Below are positions 12,969 through 26,580 of a DNA stretch of 64,000 nt, one piece after another (position 1 is the first letter of the stretch; every line of letters starts with the position of its first letter). Origin of the DNA: Rhina ancylostomus (Eukaryota); contig JARFYF010000029.1 in NCBI GenBank assembly GCA_030265395.1, positions 29,177,787 through 29,241,786 of the forward strand. Direction: 5' to 3'. The notes below the pieces were generated by a model. It was not told the origin of the DNA. It made no database searches and saw only the letters and a list, made by a program, of their open reading frames with translations. The position numbers and the translations under genes are program-made.

Positions 12969-15938
12969 CTGCAGGAAATTTAATAAATGGTTAGAAATTC
13001 ATACACTGTGGATCAAAGTGAAAAGCAACTTAATTTTCCCTACAGTTTATTTGTTGGCAAATTATGACTGAAATTTATATTCATGTTGATACAGGTCTTG
13101 AACATGTAAAATAATTAGTCATTATGTTAATATAGTGATTACTTTCTGTGCTGATGACGGAATAGATTTCCATTCCCTGGAGAAACATTGCTTAGTGCTG
13201 TCTATTAAGGATGTTCAGAAATAGTGAAGTACATTAAATAAAAGCTTTCATTGTTTTCAAAAGCAATCAACTACTCTTTGAATGGTAGTTTCTAAAAAAA
13301 TGTACTTAAACCCTGTACCATGGGATATTGTCACACATAAAACAAAACAGTGAATTGGAGACAAGTACTTCTTAATGAATATTTATTAACTGCATATTAA
13401 ATAGAACATATTCCTTGAGAGGCAAACATTATGTGCTTTTATGCAAAGTATCCAGCACAATAGATCACAAAAAGATATCTTGAAAATTAAAATTCAAAAT
13501 CTCGTAGAATTTTATCAAATTAAAATGGGGTGTCTAATAATGAGGATGCATGTTCAAGAAAACTAAAATCAGTCATTTGGCATAAAAATGTTGGATATCT
13601 TTTTAAAAAAGCTTGAGATCTGAAGGACTTCCATTAGAAAGGAAAAAGTTGGAGTTATAGTTCAGATTTCCATCAGAAGGTCAAGCAAGGACGCCACTGA
13701 CGATTCATTTGAACAGAATGATCAGCATCCAAGAAGAGGGAGGATGCATACTTCCCCTCAGTTAAGCAGCAGTCACATAGTGTGTGCAGTGCCAGACTTG
13801 TCATCCAAGTTCTTTCAGCTACAAGTCCAATAATGCTGTTTCTAAACTGCATCAATGCAAAATAAGCTTTCAGTGAAAGCCAAGGGGCAGATGTTCTTCA
13901 GTGGTAATTTGGAAGGGTGAAATCTATACCCAATATATCACTAACTTGTAAACTGGATAGCTAATCATTCCCTTGGCTTGGTGCCAGACACCTGGTGTGG
14001 TTTGTAGTCCGTAGTCCTTCCCTGTACAATGATGTGCTCCAAGGAGAACTTTAGGAACAAGGCTTTGACTGACATGTTACTTTGCTCATGACTTTACACA
14101 AAACAATAAATTGCATTCATATAATCATCTTTAAAGTAATAAAATGGTCCACAGAATTTCACAAAGCCTAGAATGCAAGTTCCATAGGAAAGAGAAAGAA
14201 TTATTAGGAATTGCCAAAGACATCAGTTTTAAAGAGGAGAGGTTTAGCAAGAGTTTTCCTGAGGTGGTAAAGCCAACATAGTTGAAGACTCTGCACTGCA
14301 TAGTTACAGTGTCCTCATTTTATAGTTGGTGCCAAAGGTACCTCAGAGAAAAAATAAGATGAAGAGAATACCAAGATTAGAAGAGATTGATGAAGGGTTG
14401 GGAGAGTGGGGGCAGTAGGACAAGGAATAACGGTACAGTAAATGTTGTAGTTAGTTGTGTGGTTAATAGTAATTGAACAGGCCATAGCTGAAAAATACTC
14501 TTAGTGAGAAAATCTATTCATCATCTATTTCTTACAATAAGAAACACAGTCACGTTGATTTTTTAAGTTGAATTGTAATGAATAATTATAGTCATAATTC
14601 ATCCTATAATTTAATCCTGCATTTAACCACTTTCTTATTGTTCATTCAGGAGATGTGGACATCACTGCCTCTGCTGGCATTTATTGTCTATTCCTAATTG
14701 CCCTGAACTATAGAGGAGGTTAAGAATCAATCACATTGGTGAACTTGGAGTCACAGACAGGCCAGAATGGGAAAGATGGGAGATTTCTTTCCCTGTCAAT
14801 AATTCCCTTTCTTACTCAGTAATCTAAAAGCAAACTAATACTCGAGATGGTGAAAATTTGAAATAAAAGCAAACAATGCTGCAAGTACACAGCAGGTCAG
14901 GCAGTCTCTGTGGAGAAAGAAATAGAGATAATATTTCTGATTATGATGTTTCATCAGACTGGTTTTCATCAATTCTGACAAAAGGTTACAGGAAAAGTGA
15001 TTCACATTTTACATAACTGTCAGTGGCACTGAGTCTGACAGCTGCTCAGTCCAGCACCCCATTCCTAATCTTAGGAAATCCACCCCCCTGACACACTATC
15101 TCTGAAATAAATTATATAAAATAAATTTTCTTTTACACAAGAGGAAAGTAAATAAGTTGACCCCAAAAATCTGTAGACGGGTAATTTGTTTGATATCAGG
15201 TATTGCCCACAGATTCAACTTGGAATTTTAGTAGAACCCTTTGGTTCTGTGAAGCCAGAGCCCCTTATGGTCTGAAAGTCTGCTGACTGCTAACTATCTG
15301 AAGAAGGGGTCTGATTTTCACTCTGCACCACAGAACCCCTCCCAAAATCTGTGTTGTTGGGGGGTGGGGGGCAATCCAATTTGAAATAGAGCATCCACTT
15401 CACAGTTTCCTAAGGACACTTTAATATTAAAAGTTTTGTTTCATTATCACAAAGGTTTATTTCAGATGCTTTCCCCAAGTTTGTTGAATGGAGTGAGTCC
15501 AAACCTCTTAATGATGCTCACCATGATTGTCATATAAAATAGTGGAAATGTGCAAAGTCCTCTGATTCACAGTTGCTTATAGCCAAAGGCATGTTTATGT
15601 TTTGTATCACAACATCTCCATGGTAGCACAAATCCTACAGGTTACCTCATAAGATTAGAAACAACTGTTATAGATGTGAAATTTAAAACCAGTCACTGGA
15701 AAAATACCTTCATTCTTCTATGGGAGGAATGATGACTCATCAAAACCTATTTTTAGTCATCTTTATTATGCTTATTTGATAATGATCCTTTACATAACTA
15801 GGCAAGTGGTAGAGGAATACAATAAAAATATAGCAATTTAAGTTATTTTAAATAATTCACTGATTCCAACTGGTAAACAAATGGATAATTGTATCGGGGG
15901 AAATCAACAAATGTATGTTTAATACTTTAGTCGCTTAC

Positions 15939-16053
15939 CCGTGATGAAACACTTAAATTCTATGGTTTATCAGTTCTGAATGGTGGTGAAGTGAACATAG
16001 GCTTTTCATTCATGTTCGGATTCAGGCTAGGCTGATTAGATAGCTTTATCTGA
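15939..16053 (-). pseudogene. Pseudo-exon
   Basis: ttacttaacAG acceptor and GTAAGC donor. Translation QIKLSNQPSLNPNMNEKPMFTSPPFRTDKP*NLSVSS. Confidence 0.4.
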
Positions 16054-16709
16054 CTGTTAAGTAACCAAAGGAAAATGAGTTTTGTTGATCTCAATTCAGT
16101 TCACTGCATCATTTTGAGATCTCAGTATACAAAAGCGTGAAAGGTTTGAGAAAAAGGAAGATATCATCCGGGGTGATAAAAACTCACATGCAAAAAATGT
16201 CATTAAAGATTCTAGCTCTGTAGTATTAAAACTGTTCATATAGAATGATTCCTTTTTGATTCGCTGTCCTCTATTTACAATTTAATTCAATTCAACAATT
16301 TCAAATAGCCAGGCTTTCCTGTATGTGTCAGAACTGGCATCAAATATTCTCTATTTAACTTTTGGATCCATGGAGTAGTTTCCTCATGTCTTCACTCACA
16401 ATAATATTTCCCTGTCTTCCTGAATTTATAAAGCTTTTCTGTATAATCATGTGAGCACCTGGCCAATAATTGTACATTTTAATTAGTTGCTGCTAACTGC
16501 TTTAACATTGAACAAGTAGCTACACATCAAGACATGATTACAGTGCTGGTGTCATTGGCAGAAAGATAATCCTTGTGACTTTGAGCTAGGTTGTATCACA
16601 AATGTATCACTCACTGTAAGCTGCACAAATGAGTTTAAAGACAGTTGCAGAAAACTTTGAGAAACATACAGCACAGGATTGTGAAATCAATGTTGTCATT
16701 AGGTTCTTT

Positions 16710-17115
16710 CAGATTACCAGCCTTCCCTCTTTAGACTCTGTCTTTACCTCTCGTTTTCTTGGTGAAGCAGCCAGCATTATCAAAGACCCCACCCACCCAG
16801 GACATTCTTTCTTCTCCCCTCTGGCAGAAGATACAGGAGCCTGAGGGCACATACCACCAGGCTCAAGGACAGCTTCTATCCCACTGTTATGCCTCTTGAG
16901 CAGTTATAACGTTGATACGATAAGATGGACTCTTGTCCNNNNNNNNNNNNNNNNNNNNNNNNNNNNNNNNNNNNNNNNNNNNNNNNNNNNNNNNNNNNNN
17001 NNNNNNNNNNNNNNNNNNNNNNNNNNNNNNNNNNNNNNTTGATCTGTATGATCGGTTTGTAAGACAAGCTTTTCACTGTACCTCAGTACAAGTGACAATA
17101 ATAAACCAATACCAA
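16710..17115 (+). mobile_element. Rex1/Babar LINE 3' fragment (contains a gap)
   Basis: LPSLDSVFTSRFLGEAASIIKDPTHPGHSFFSPL motif; aataataaaccaatacc tail also present at ~40180 on the minus strand. Confidence 0.75.
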
Positions 17116-18049
17116 GTTTTCCAACTATCTTGTAGTCAGAGAATTTCAGTGAGGGGAATAAGACAAAAGGGGAAATTTCTTTCCAGGTTCTGGAGCAGAT
17201 GGATTTGCTAAAAGATGACAGATTCAGTTTTACAGAATTTCTGGTTTTCCTGAAATGCAGAGTGCAATAGGTAGTGAACACAATGCATTGATAGTACCTG
17301 AGATCTCAACAGAAAGGGAGATGACTTACTTCGTCATTGAGAGAACTACTGGGGCTTTACTTGGATTTTTTTGCTGCCTTGATGTATCAAGAGAAACCCT
17401 GCTGTGCAATAAAAACAGAAACACACAGCAGGTCAGTCAGTGTCAATAGCGAGTGAAACGTAGTTGACATTTCAGGTTGAAGGTACCTTGTCAGAACTGA
17501 AGAAGTCAGAAATCAGTTTAGTTTTAAGTTGCAAGGCGGATGGGGAAGGAATGGATCAGTTACCGGGAATATCCCTAGGAGGTTGAGGCCAGGGTTGTCA
17601 TAGCGATAAGCTATTGATGAAACCATTTGTTTGATAGGTTAAGGATGGATGTTAGAGAGAGAGAAATAAAACAAAGGAACATGTATAAACTGCAAAATGC
17701 AGTTTAGAGATGTAGAACACGCCTAGAAAATTATACAGTGTCAATGAAGAGAGAAAAATTGAATTAATTTTACAGATGAATAACTTACAGCATATGGAGC
17801 CTATTCTGATCCACCATGGAAACCCTGGCCTCACCTTATCAGAGTTATTCACTTTGCTCTCCCCCACCCTCTCTACAACTTAAAACTAACTTTCTTTCTC
17901 TCTTTCCCAGAACTGATGAAGGGTCTTCAACCTGAAAGATCAAAGTCTAACCTGCTGAGTGTTTCCAGCATTTTCCGTGGTCATTTCTTATTTCAATCAT
18001 CTGCAGTATTTTTGACTTTCATCAACTATAGTGTTCTTAAGCTTCATTA

Positions 18050-18297
18050 TGTCATGGTTCTGAGTTCTGGTCCTCAATTTGGCTCCATTAATGCCTTGTT
18101 GTCCAGCACATGGATTCCATNNNNNNNNNNNNNNNNNNNNNNNNNNNNNNNNNNNNNNNNNNNNNNNNNNNNNNNNNNNNNNNNNNNNNNNNNNNNNNNN
18201 NNNNNNNNNNNNNNNNNNNNAAGTATCCTGACTCCAGTCTTGTATTGGTGTGCCGCATTTGGGTTCTGTGACTTTGCTCTGGATCAACATTGTGACA
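18050..18297. mobile_element. Solo LTR (internal gap) with 5-bp TSD
   Basis: Starts TGTCA and ends TGACA; flanked by CATTA at 18045-49 and 18298-302. Confidence 0.75.
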
Positions 18298-18949
18298 CAT
18301 TATCTTACACAGAAATACATCCAGAACAGCTATAACAGTCCAGCCAATGAAAAGACCATTGAGGTCAAAATATAACTTATCTTTTTAACAAGTTGTACAA
18401 TTTGATGTTCATTGAAATTGAATCTCACCTGCCACATTTTTTGCTCTTTATACCATACCTCCTGGCAGATTTGCAGAATTACCTATTTAAAACTTGTCAA
18501 CAAACAGAAGTGGTGTGAGAAAAAAAATCTGAGGGTTGACATTAGCCACTTCCAGGTACTCTGAGACACTTTAAGCATGAATCTGTTTCATTTCCCTTAA
18601 CCAGTGCTGAAACCATTTGGTTACCAGTTCCCAGATTCCACAATCTCTATTCTTCGGTAATGCTCTGCTATATAATTTCCTATCGCAGACTTCCTGAATG
18701 TACATGAACACACATACACACTGTTTATTCTCCTTCCAGCATATTTTTTTAGTCCATTCTCAACAATTTATCACATACAATTTTTTCCAAATTAAATGCC
18801 AGATGCTTCTATTATTTTACCTTCAGTGGAAGCTTTTAATACACAAGAATGCTTTTTTTTCCTCCCTGTCCTCCTTTAGTGACAGCTGGAACTGTCAGCA
18901 TTTATTGCCCATCCCTAAATGCTTTTGAGAAGGTAATAATGTCAAGGAA

Positions 18950-19280
18950 TCATAGAGAAATGCAACAGAGAAGCAGGCTCTTTGGCCCACTGAGTTCACG
19001 CCAACCCTCAACCACCCATTTTTACACAATCCTACCTTAACCCATTTTATTCTCCCCACATTCCCATCATCTCTCCNNNCAGATTCTACCACTCAACTCT
19101 GCATTAGGAGCCAATCTACACATCGGGAGGATGTGGGAGGAAAGAGGAGTACCTAGAGGAAATCAACACAGTCACAGGGAGGACATGCAAACTCCACACA
19201 GAGAGCATGGGAGGTCAGGTCAGGTCATTGAATTTGTGTCTGTGAAATCATGAGTCAGCAACTCAGCTGTGCCACTGGGA
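18950..19280 (-). mobile_element. V-SINE/HE1-like tRNA-derived SINE
   Basis: Reverse complement of the gtgtggagtttgcatgt.ctccctgtgac core. Confidence 0.65.
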
Positions 19281-19429
19281 AGGTGAGTCACTTTCTCAAA
19301 TCTTTGCAGTCCCTCTAGTGAAGCTACTCCCATAATGCTGTTGAATTCAGTTCCAGTTCAGTTAGTTTTGTTCAATTTATATATCTCAATTTCTCAGTTT
19401 ATTTCCCACATGCAGATTGTATACTAAGA

Positions 19430-20366
19430 TTTCACATTAATTGTTTACAGTAATTGTATATCAAGTATGTATTGTTTAATTCACAATCTTTGAAGCACCA
19501 GAAAACAACTAAACAACTTGGAAATTTGGCCACTTGATATTTATATGGACACAATAGATAACATATGTTAATTCCTCTGTTAATATAAAGGAAAGAGTAA
19601 CTTGTCAGAATTAATCTTTTGCAATAAAATATCACCCATCTTATTGTTCAGGCTGTAATTATCTTTTCACATTTGTTGAATTTTCTCTGTTCAAGGTTAC
19701 AAAATACCCTGAATTTCAAGTCTACAATGTTTATAATTATTCAGTATTCTGCAATGATATTTGCCGAATACGTTATCATCCACAGAAGGGTCAAAGATTA
19801 AACAAATGAAATCCCCATAAGTATGTATGAATTAAGAGCCAATGCAGCACACAACTCACCAAGTGGCAAATTTGCAATTACCCAATTATATATTTAGTCT
19901 TCGCTGAGGTTGATAAGAGAATTCCGAAATGGCACAGAAATATGTGATTTTCTTTGAGAATTATGAACCATAATGCAATATGAATTGGAATCACTGGGAT
20001 CCAAGGACTCAATAAAAAAACACATATTTCCCACTACTTTAACCAGTTGAAGTAATATAGAGTTAATAAACTTGCTTGTTGAAAATAATATCTAATCAAA
20101 GACAAACTGAATAATGAAATACTAGAGTCAATTTTAACTGAGCTGCCCCCTTGCTTATATGCAAAGCTTTCCAGAGGCTGTTGTTGAAAGTCCAAGTTAA
20201 GAAGATCTTTCTTGGCATTCTGGATGCCATCCATCTTTCTTTCCTTTTAATAATTTTTAAGTAGTTATGAAGGTCTTCTTGCATTATTGACAGACAATAG
20301 GCCAAACCTTCCCCTATCCAACAAGCCAGCGAAACTTCAGATGGATTAATTAAGTGGTTGAAATCT
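19430..20366 (-). pseudogene. Large pseudo-exon, CABIT-like module
   Basis: DFNHLINPSEVSLACWIGEGLAY / QQPLESFAYKQGGSSVKI...YYFQQASLLTL / HISVPFRNS / LPLGELCAAL / ILNNYKHCRLEIQGIL / KLLFPLY, with frameshifts. Confidence 0.5.
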
Positions 20367-21429
20367 CTGTCATCACAATAACATTCACAGCTTTATTAGT
20401 GACAGAGTAGCCTAATTATTAGCAACATCTTTTTTTCCTGACTTTAACTTGTTTTGAAGTTCTTGAGCATTAAAATGAAATATGTGGCAGCATTTTTCAA
20501 GAACCAATGATTATTTCAACACAGTTCTCATGGTGAGACAATCATACCAAATATACAGCTAAACGGTCTTCTGAAAAGGATACCAGCCAAAAGATTTGAA
20601 GTGCACCATTACATTGCTTTAATTCAGTCCTTAAACTTAAAAATATTTTTCTTATATTACTTTGAATCTCCTACAGCCTCTAACATGATATTTTACTTAA
20701 TTATTATGTGTGAATTTTTCCCTTGAGGACTTTGATTTCTGCTGATAAAATAAATGGGTGGGAAATCAACCTCCATGCCATCTACTGTTTCAGTGCTGTG
20801 GATGTTGGATTGCCTGGAACTTGTTATATGCACTACAGGAACACATTGTTGACATAATTCCATTAAGTCAACTTAGACACCAAATTGCAATGGATGAGAT
20901 CCCATGTTTCAATCACACTGCATCAAGTGTATCACAATTTATTCTAGCCTGTTGTGCCCTCCACACCATCACCTGCAAAATCTTCTCCAAATCACATTTG
21001 ATATGGATATATATCACCTTTCCTCTGTGGTCACTGGGTCAAAATCCTAGCATGCCTTACCGAGCTGCACCACAGACCTATCACAAAGAGAGCTGCTCTT
21101 CGAAAGGCAGTTTCCCACCATGAGTAAATTAGGAGCAATCACTAACTGCTGGCCTTGCCAGCAAAGCTGCATCTCGTGAGTAATTTACAATAAAGAGACA
21201 AATTCCTCATTCCACTACTGTTACTTTCCATCAGTTGATAGTCAGCTTCTCTCCCAATAAGACAAAAGCATTCACAGGACAAAAGCTTTATATCAACTGT
21301 CCCATCAAAGCTCTCAACAGAGTGCACTGCAGCAGAACATTTGTGTGAGTCCATGCTCCAGGAAGCTGGCACAAGGATCACCCTTTCGCACAGCCCTGGC
21401 AACTCATCACATGCAGACTTGGTCTGAGG

Positions 21430-21615
21430 GAAAATAAATAAAACTGCAGATGCTGGAAACTGAAACAGAAACAGAAATTTTGTAAGAACTCAGTCAGTCA
21501 AGCAGCATCAACAATCAGTTCTGAGGAAGGGTCATTGACCTGAAACATTAACTGTTTGTCTTTCCACAGATGCTGCCTGACTGGTTCAGTTCTTCCAGCA
21601 TTTCTGTTTTTGTTA
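21430..21615. mobile_element. Penelope-type terminal elements, tail to tail, with a degenerate hammerhead motif
   Basis: gatgctggaaac...ctcagtcagtcaagcagcatc followed by ctgaggaagggtcattgacctgaaacattaac...cagatgctgcctgac. Confidence 0.55.
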
Positions 21616-21669
21616 GCTGACTGTTAGTGTCTAATTTGGGGGGTGTGACCACCAGATCAAGTAATGAGG

Positions 21670-22560
21670 TGTTTTCTTCTTCATCTTTCGGCCAGTGGAT
21701 TATCTGAAAGGGAAAATACACATGGTTATTGTTGAGGTAAGAGAGAAAATGAGGACAACAAAGTGGTGCCTACATCTAGCATCCATTGCTTGTAATTGAG
21801 AAGATACTGTGGTATGAGAGGCAACTCAGATGCAAAAAGGAGAGTTAGGTATGGACATACCATCAACTCCAATTGTCTTTACATCATTACCGGCTAAGAT
21901 GGTGGCAGTTCCTGAACTGATGACCAGCACTCAGCTGCTGATGGTGGCTGCATCACACTTTCTCAGTAAGAGAAAGGGATATATGTTGGAGGTCTCTTGC
22001 AATGTGCTTGGGTAGTGCACCTACAATGGTTGAACTGCTGGAAGTGTGTGAAAGTTGTGAGATATTTGCACGAGTCTTGATGCAACAGTGTGAGGTTGTT
22101 TTGCTGTATGTGAGTGTTAGGTGCTAGTACCGATCAGGAGAGAGTGCTGAGGGGTGTATGTGCAGTGATGGTGTGTTGTCCTTGGTGCAGTGCATTGTGC
22201 TCATTCTGTGGGTGATGCAGTTTGAGGTCAGTAAACAATTTTGCAGCAATACTTCTGTGTAGTTGCAACTTGACCCCTCACTTTAATTGTGTTTTTACTA
22301 ACTTAGTTTATTGCTGCTCGACTGTCTACTTGGAGGGATTTGTGGATCCCTATGGGAAGAGGACCTCTCTCCTCTTCTGCATCCAAGGCCTATCAAACCA
22401 CATCAAAAAGTTGGGGCACCTCTCTCACTGTTGACCTCCCAGCAGGCTGTGAAATGACTTCCGTCAGCAGCTGCAGGCAAAAAGCACCACCTTTTTTAGA
22501 TAGTGCTGACTGGATTTAAACTGTGACAGTTGCCTTGAACTGATGCTGGCCAGTCATGGA
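21670..22560 (-). mobile_element. Harbinger/PIF Myb-SANT gene relic
   Basis: 22340-22430 on the minus strand gives a degraded 'RAPxFSDxxLxAL..RRxVLFP'-like N-terminus. Confidence 0.4.
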
Positions 22561-22669
22561 TTTGGATCCTGCGATTGTATGTTAATGCAATAAACAATAC
22601 AGTTGGCACTGGCCAAATGTGGAATGGAGGACACAAGTATTTTATGTGCCTGCAACGGGGTGCATGGCA

Positions 22670-23030
22670 ATGCAGCAGTTATTGCTGCTGCCTCACAGCT
22701 CCAGGACCCTGGGTTTTATTGTGAACCTGTTGCTTTCTCTGCAGAGTTTACATGTTCTCTCTGTGACTGCATCGGTTACCCCCAGGTGCTCTGGTTTTCT
22801 TCTATGTCCCAAGGTTGGGCAGGGAAGCGAATGGATTCTGTAACTTAGCCCTCAGTGTAGGTTAATGTAAAAAAGAATCAAAGGGCAGTTGAAGGGCCTG
22901 TGTGAGAGAGAATAAATTGCAAGAGTACAGGGACATAAGGGGACTAATGAGATTTCTCCCCTGGGAGCAGGAACAGACTCAATAAGCCAAATGCCCTTTC
23001 TCTGTGTTGTTATAACTATGATAAAATGAG
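22670..23030 (+). mobile_element. V-SINE/HE1-like SINE
   Basis: gctgcctcacagctccaggaccctgggtt...gagtttacatgttctctctgtgactgc core. Confidence 0.7.
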
Positions 23031-24239
23031 AAGGCAAGGGTTAATCATGCGTTACAACCAGTGTGTCTGTTTTCCAGTACTGTTCTACTTAACCCCCACA
23101 GAGTAAAGAACAATTGTGACCTTTCTTCCACTTTATATTTAGACTGGATAACAAACAGATGGGTGAGTGTGTTGTTTGGAGAACTGAGACATTTAATTGG
23201 ATAGTGTACTATCAAATGGCCAGTGTGAATCATACTAGTCTTGATAGGTCTTTTATATTATCTTCCTGTGAACTTAGAGCAAAGTGGATGCACCTATGCA
23301 GCTTAATTAGTGAACATTACAAGTGCATCACAGTGCCTTCAACTACCCACAAAATATCTATAGTTTGAGACCATATGCATGAAGTTGTCAGAAAATCATG
23401 GTGGGGTGGGGTGATGGGATAGTAGGGGAGGTAATTAGATCATGCCATCGAGGATTTGAGGCATGTAATTAGACAGTGATAGTCAGTATGACTCACTGAA
23501 AGATGAGTCATCTGAGTTGCCAGTCCAAAAAATATGACAGTTTAGTTTAACAGACTGTCAACTATGGTTTAGGAGGCAGTGGCCAAAATTCAGAATAAAA
23601 GCAGCTTTAATTGTTTAGGTAGATTACAACTGCTTGCTACAAAGTTGGTTTACATTTCTATTCCAGCATAAGAAAATCAGTTCATAATGCACATCAAAGA
23701 TTGATTGAGAAGCCAAAAACTGTAAGGCTGAAAATCTGAAGTAAAAACAGCAATGCTAGAAACATGCAGTGGATCAGGTAACATCTGTGGTAAGAAACAG
23801 AATTAACATTTCAGGTCAATGATTTTCATTAGAGTAAGAAAAAGTTAGATGTCAGAAATTGTACGTTGCAGAGCAGGGGGAGGAGAGGAGGGATAGGGTG
23901 CAGACCAAGAGGAACTCGATGGTGGTGGTGATGAAAAGGATGGTGATGTTGTCTGAGAGAGGGTGATTTTTATTCTCAGCTGATCTGTCTAGAGAAGGTA
24001 TAAATAGGAGATAAATATCAACAAAGCAGAGAAGGAAAAGAAATGCTGAAACTGTACTTGCTAGAAATAGGAACTAAAAGAGAATGCTGGAAATACAAAG
24101 CTGGTCAGGAAGCATCCATGTAGAGAGATAACCAGAGTTAACTTAACGGCTTGATGACCTTCCATCAGATGAATGAACCTGTAAGGTTTGTTAGATTCAA
24201 ATATATATTGTTTACTATTAATCTGGTATTGGTAACTTT

Positions 24240-24652
24240 GTGTTATTGCTTTCCTTGCTATAATATCAACTGCAACTGCAAGGCATGATGGGAAAACTTT
24301 ACTTAAAAAGTTCTATATATGATTTAGTTAGATTGGAAGGTGTATGTATTGCTCAATGCTAGTTCTTGGCATGGATACTGTATATTCATTTGGGTTTATC
24401 TGGGCAGATGATTGAACTTGTAGAGTGCAAAAAATGAGGAACTACCAGACACCATTGGCATATCTAGAGGTTATGTCAACATAGTCAACAAAACAGAAGA
24501 AGAACAGGAAACTATGCCCCTGGGAACTTGGAAAACTAAAACCCTTGGAGAAAAGTCTTTGTTGTCTTTGTTAAGTACTTACATTGTATATCTCTGTATC
24601 TCTGTAATAGTCAATAAACTCTCTGACTTACTTAAAGAACTGAGACTATATC
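24240..24652 (-). pseudogene. Pseudo-exon, CABIT-like
   Basis: Acceptor tttgatctgcAG. Segments LLTITEIQRY / GFSFPSSQGHSF / FLSKVFPSCLAV. Confidence 0.4.
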
Positions 24653-24759
24653 CTGCAGATCAAAATTGATCAAGAATCCTAAATGAGACAGGTTTAGTAT
24701 TCTTAGTTTCCTTGAAGTTATTGTATCCAAATGGGAAAAAGTTCTCTCTAGGTCTCATA

Positions 24760-26580
24760 AGTTAAAAAATAGGAAGCTACGCCCGAAACGGTCTCTTTTG
24801 AAGTGCTGAAAGGGGAGGGAGAGGAAGACGTGTCTGGTGGTAGCATTGTGTTGAAGGTAGTTGAAGTTATAAAGGATGATCCTTTGTGGAGGCCGATGGT
24901 GTGGAAGGGAAGGACAAAGGGAACACTATCCTTGCTCTGGATTGGAGTAGATGGGGTGGAGTAGAAGTGTGAAAGTGGAACAGATGTGGTTGAAAGTCTT
25001 GTCAACTCTGGTGAAAGGGAAACCATTGTNNNNNNNNNNNNNNNNNNNNNNNNNNNNNNNNNNNNNNNNNNNNNNNNNNNNNNNNNNNNNNNNNNNNNNN
25101 NNNNNNNNNNNNNNNNNNNNNNNNNNNNNGACTTGGCCTCCACAGCCATCTGTGGCAATGAATTCCACAGGTTCACCACCCACTGGCTCAAGAAATTCCT
25201 CCTCATCCCTGTTCTAGAGGGATGTCCTTTTAATCTGAAGCTTTGGCCACTGGTCGTAGACTCTCCCACTGCTGGAAACATCCTCTCCACCTCTACTCTG
25301 TCCAGGCCATTCAATAGATGAACATCTATCAATCGTGCTCTTGTTTATACTGAGCAACTGAGTCCCTACAGCTTCCTTGGGTAGAGAATTCTAAAGATTC
25401 ACCACTCTCTGGGTGAAGAAACTTCTTCTCATTCCTGTACCTAATGGCTGACCCTTATTTTGACCCCTTGTTCTAGACAACCCAGCCAGGGAGACAGCAA
25501 CTCCACATCTACCTTGTCACGCTCAGTAAGAAGTTTTTATGTTCAATCAGATCATCTCTCATTCTTCCAATTCAAGAGTATAACCCTGGTCTGGTTAATC
25601 TCTCCTCATATGGCAAATGGACCTTCCAGGAATCAAAGTAAGAGGAGATATAGTAAAGGTAGCTGTGTTGGTCTGTGGGGTTGTATGGATGTTGGTCACT
25701 AACCTATCCCCAGAGTTGGAGATCGAAAAGTCAGGGAAAGGAAGCAAAGAGTCACTGATGGACCATGTGAAAATGAAAGCAGAGTGGAATTTGGCATTAA
25801 AGCTGGTGAAACTTCTGAGTTTTGTATAAAAAAACAGAAACAGCACCAATACCATCATCAGCGGACTAGAAAAAGTGATGTGGGAGGATTGTCAAAGTAG
25901 CAGAGGGTACCAGAGGTGTCACCAATATATGTGGGAAGAGAGTGGACAAGAATAGACTCAAAGTAGGAAGAAATAAGTTCTGTCAGACAGGAATGGAGAA
26001 AATGGGTCTACTTGCACCATCTTGGAGAAGAGATAGAAGGTAGAAGCCAGTCATACATGGGTTGGGGGACTAGGAGACTGGTGGTTGTGGAGGGATTTCT
26101 GGATGAAATGAAATTACCGACTTCCTGAGAGACAATGATGTTCAGTGGTGGGGTCATGGTATACAGGGAGGTGTGAGGGTGTGTCAGAGAACCAATATTC
26201 AGCCTTTGCAAGATAAAGATCAGTTTATTTAGAGGTCAGCAAGTTCAATGACAGTGTTGGGTTGGTCCTTAGTAAATGAAATGCTGCAAGTTCAGAAGGG
26301 ATGGGTGATAGTAAGGGCAATGGAAGAACTAGGACAGTCAATGTCATGCCAGCCTTTAGCAATGAATAGATTTAGAGAGGGTAAGCCCAGAAGGAGGCAT
26401 CCAGTTGCAATGTGAAGAGTGGAATTCCAATTGGAATTCATGTGGATCGAGTTGGAGCTGGAGACACTTGCTAAGGAATGAAAAGTGGCTGTGGTTGACA
26501 GCTTATCAAGAAGGGAAGCAGAAACTGTTGAGAGTGAACAAGGTAAAAGAGATAAGTGGAGAGAGGAGTTAAGCTTCTTG
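24760..26580 (-). mobile_element. Degraded Penelope-like retroelement (RT) interrupted by CR1 fragments
   Basis: FNAKFHSAFIFTWSISDSLLPFPDFSISNSGDRLVTNIH (Penelope RT C-terminal signature) and KDSVPFVLPFH. Confidence 0.75.
25130..25620 (-). mobile_element. CR1 LINE 3' fragments nested in the Penelope element
   Basis: GLDRVEVERMFPAVGES...MRRNFLSQWVVNLWNSLPQMAVEAK. Confidence 0.8.
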
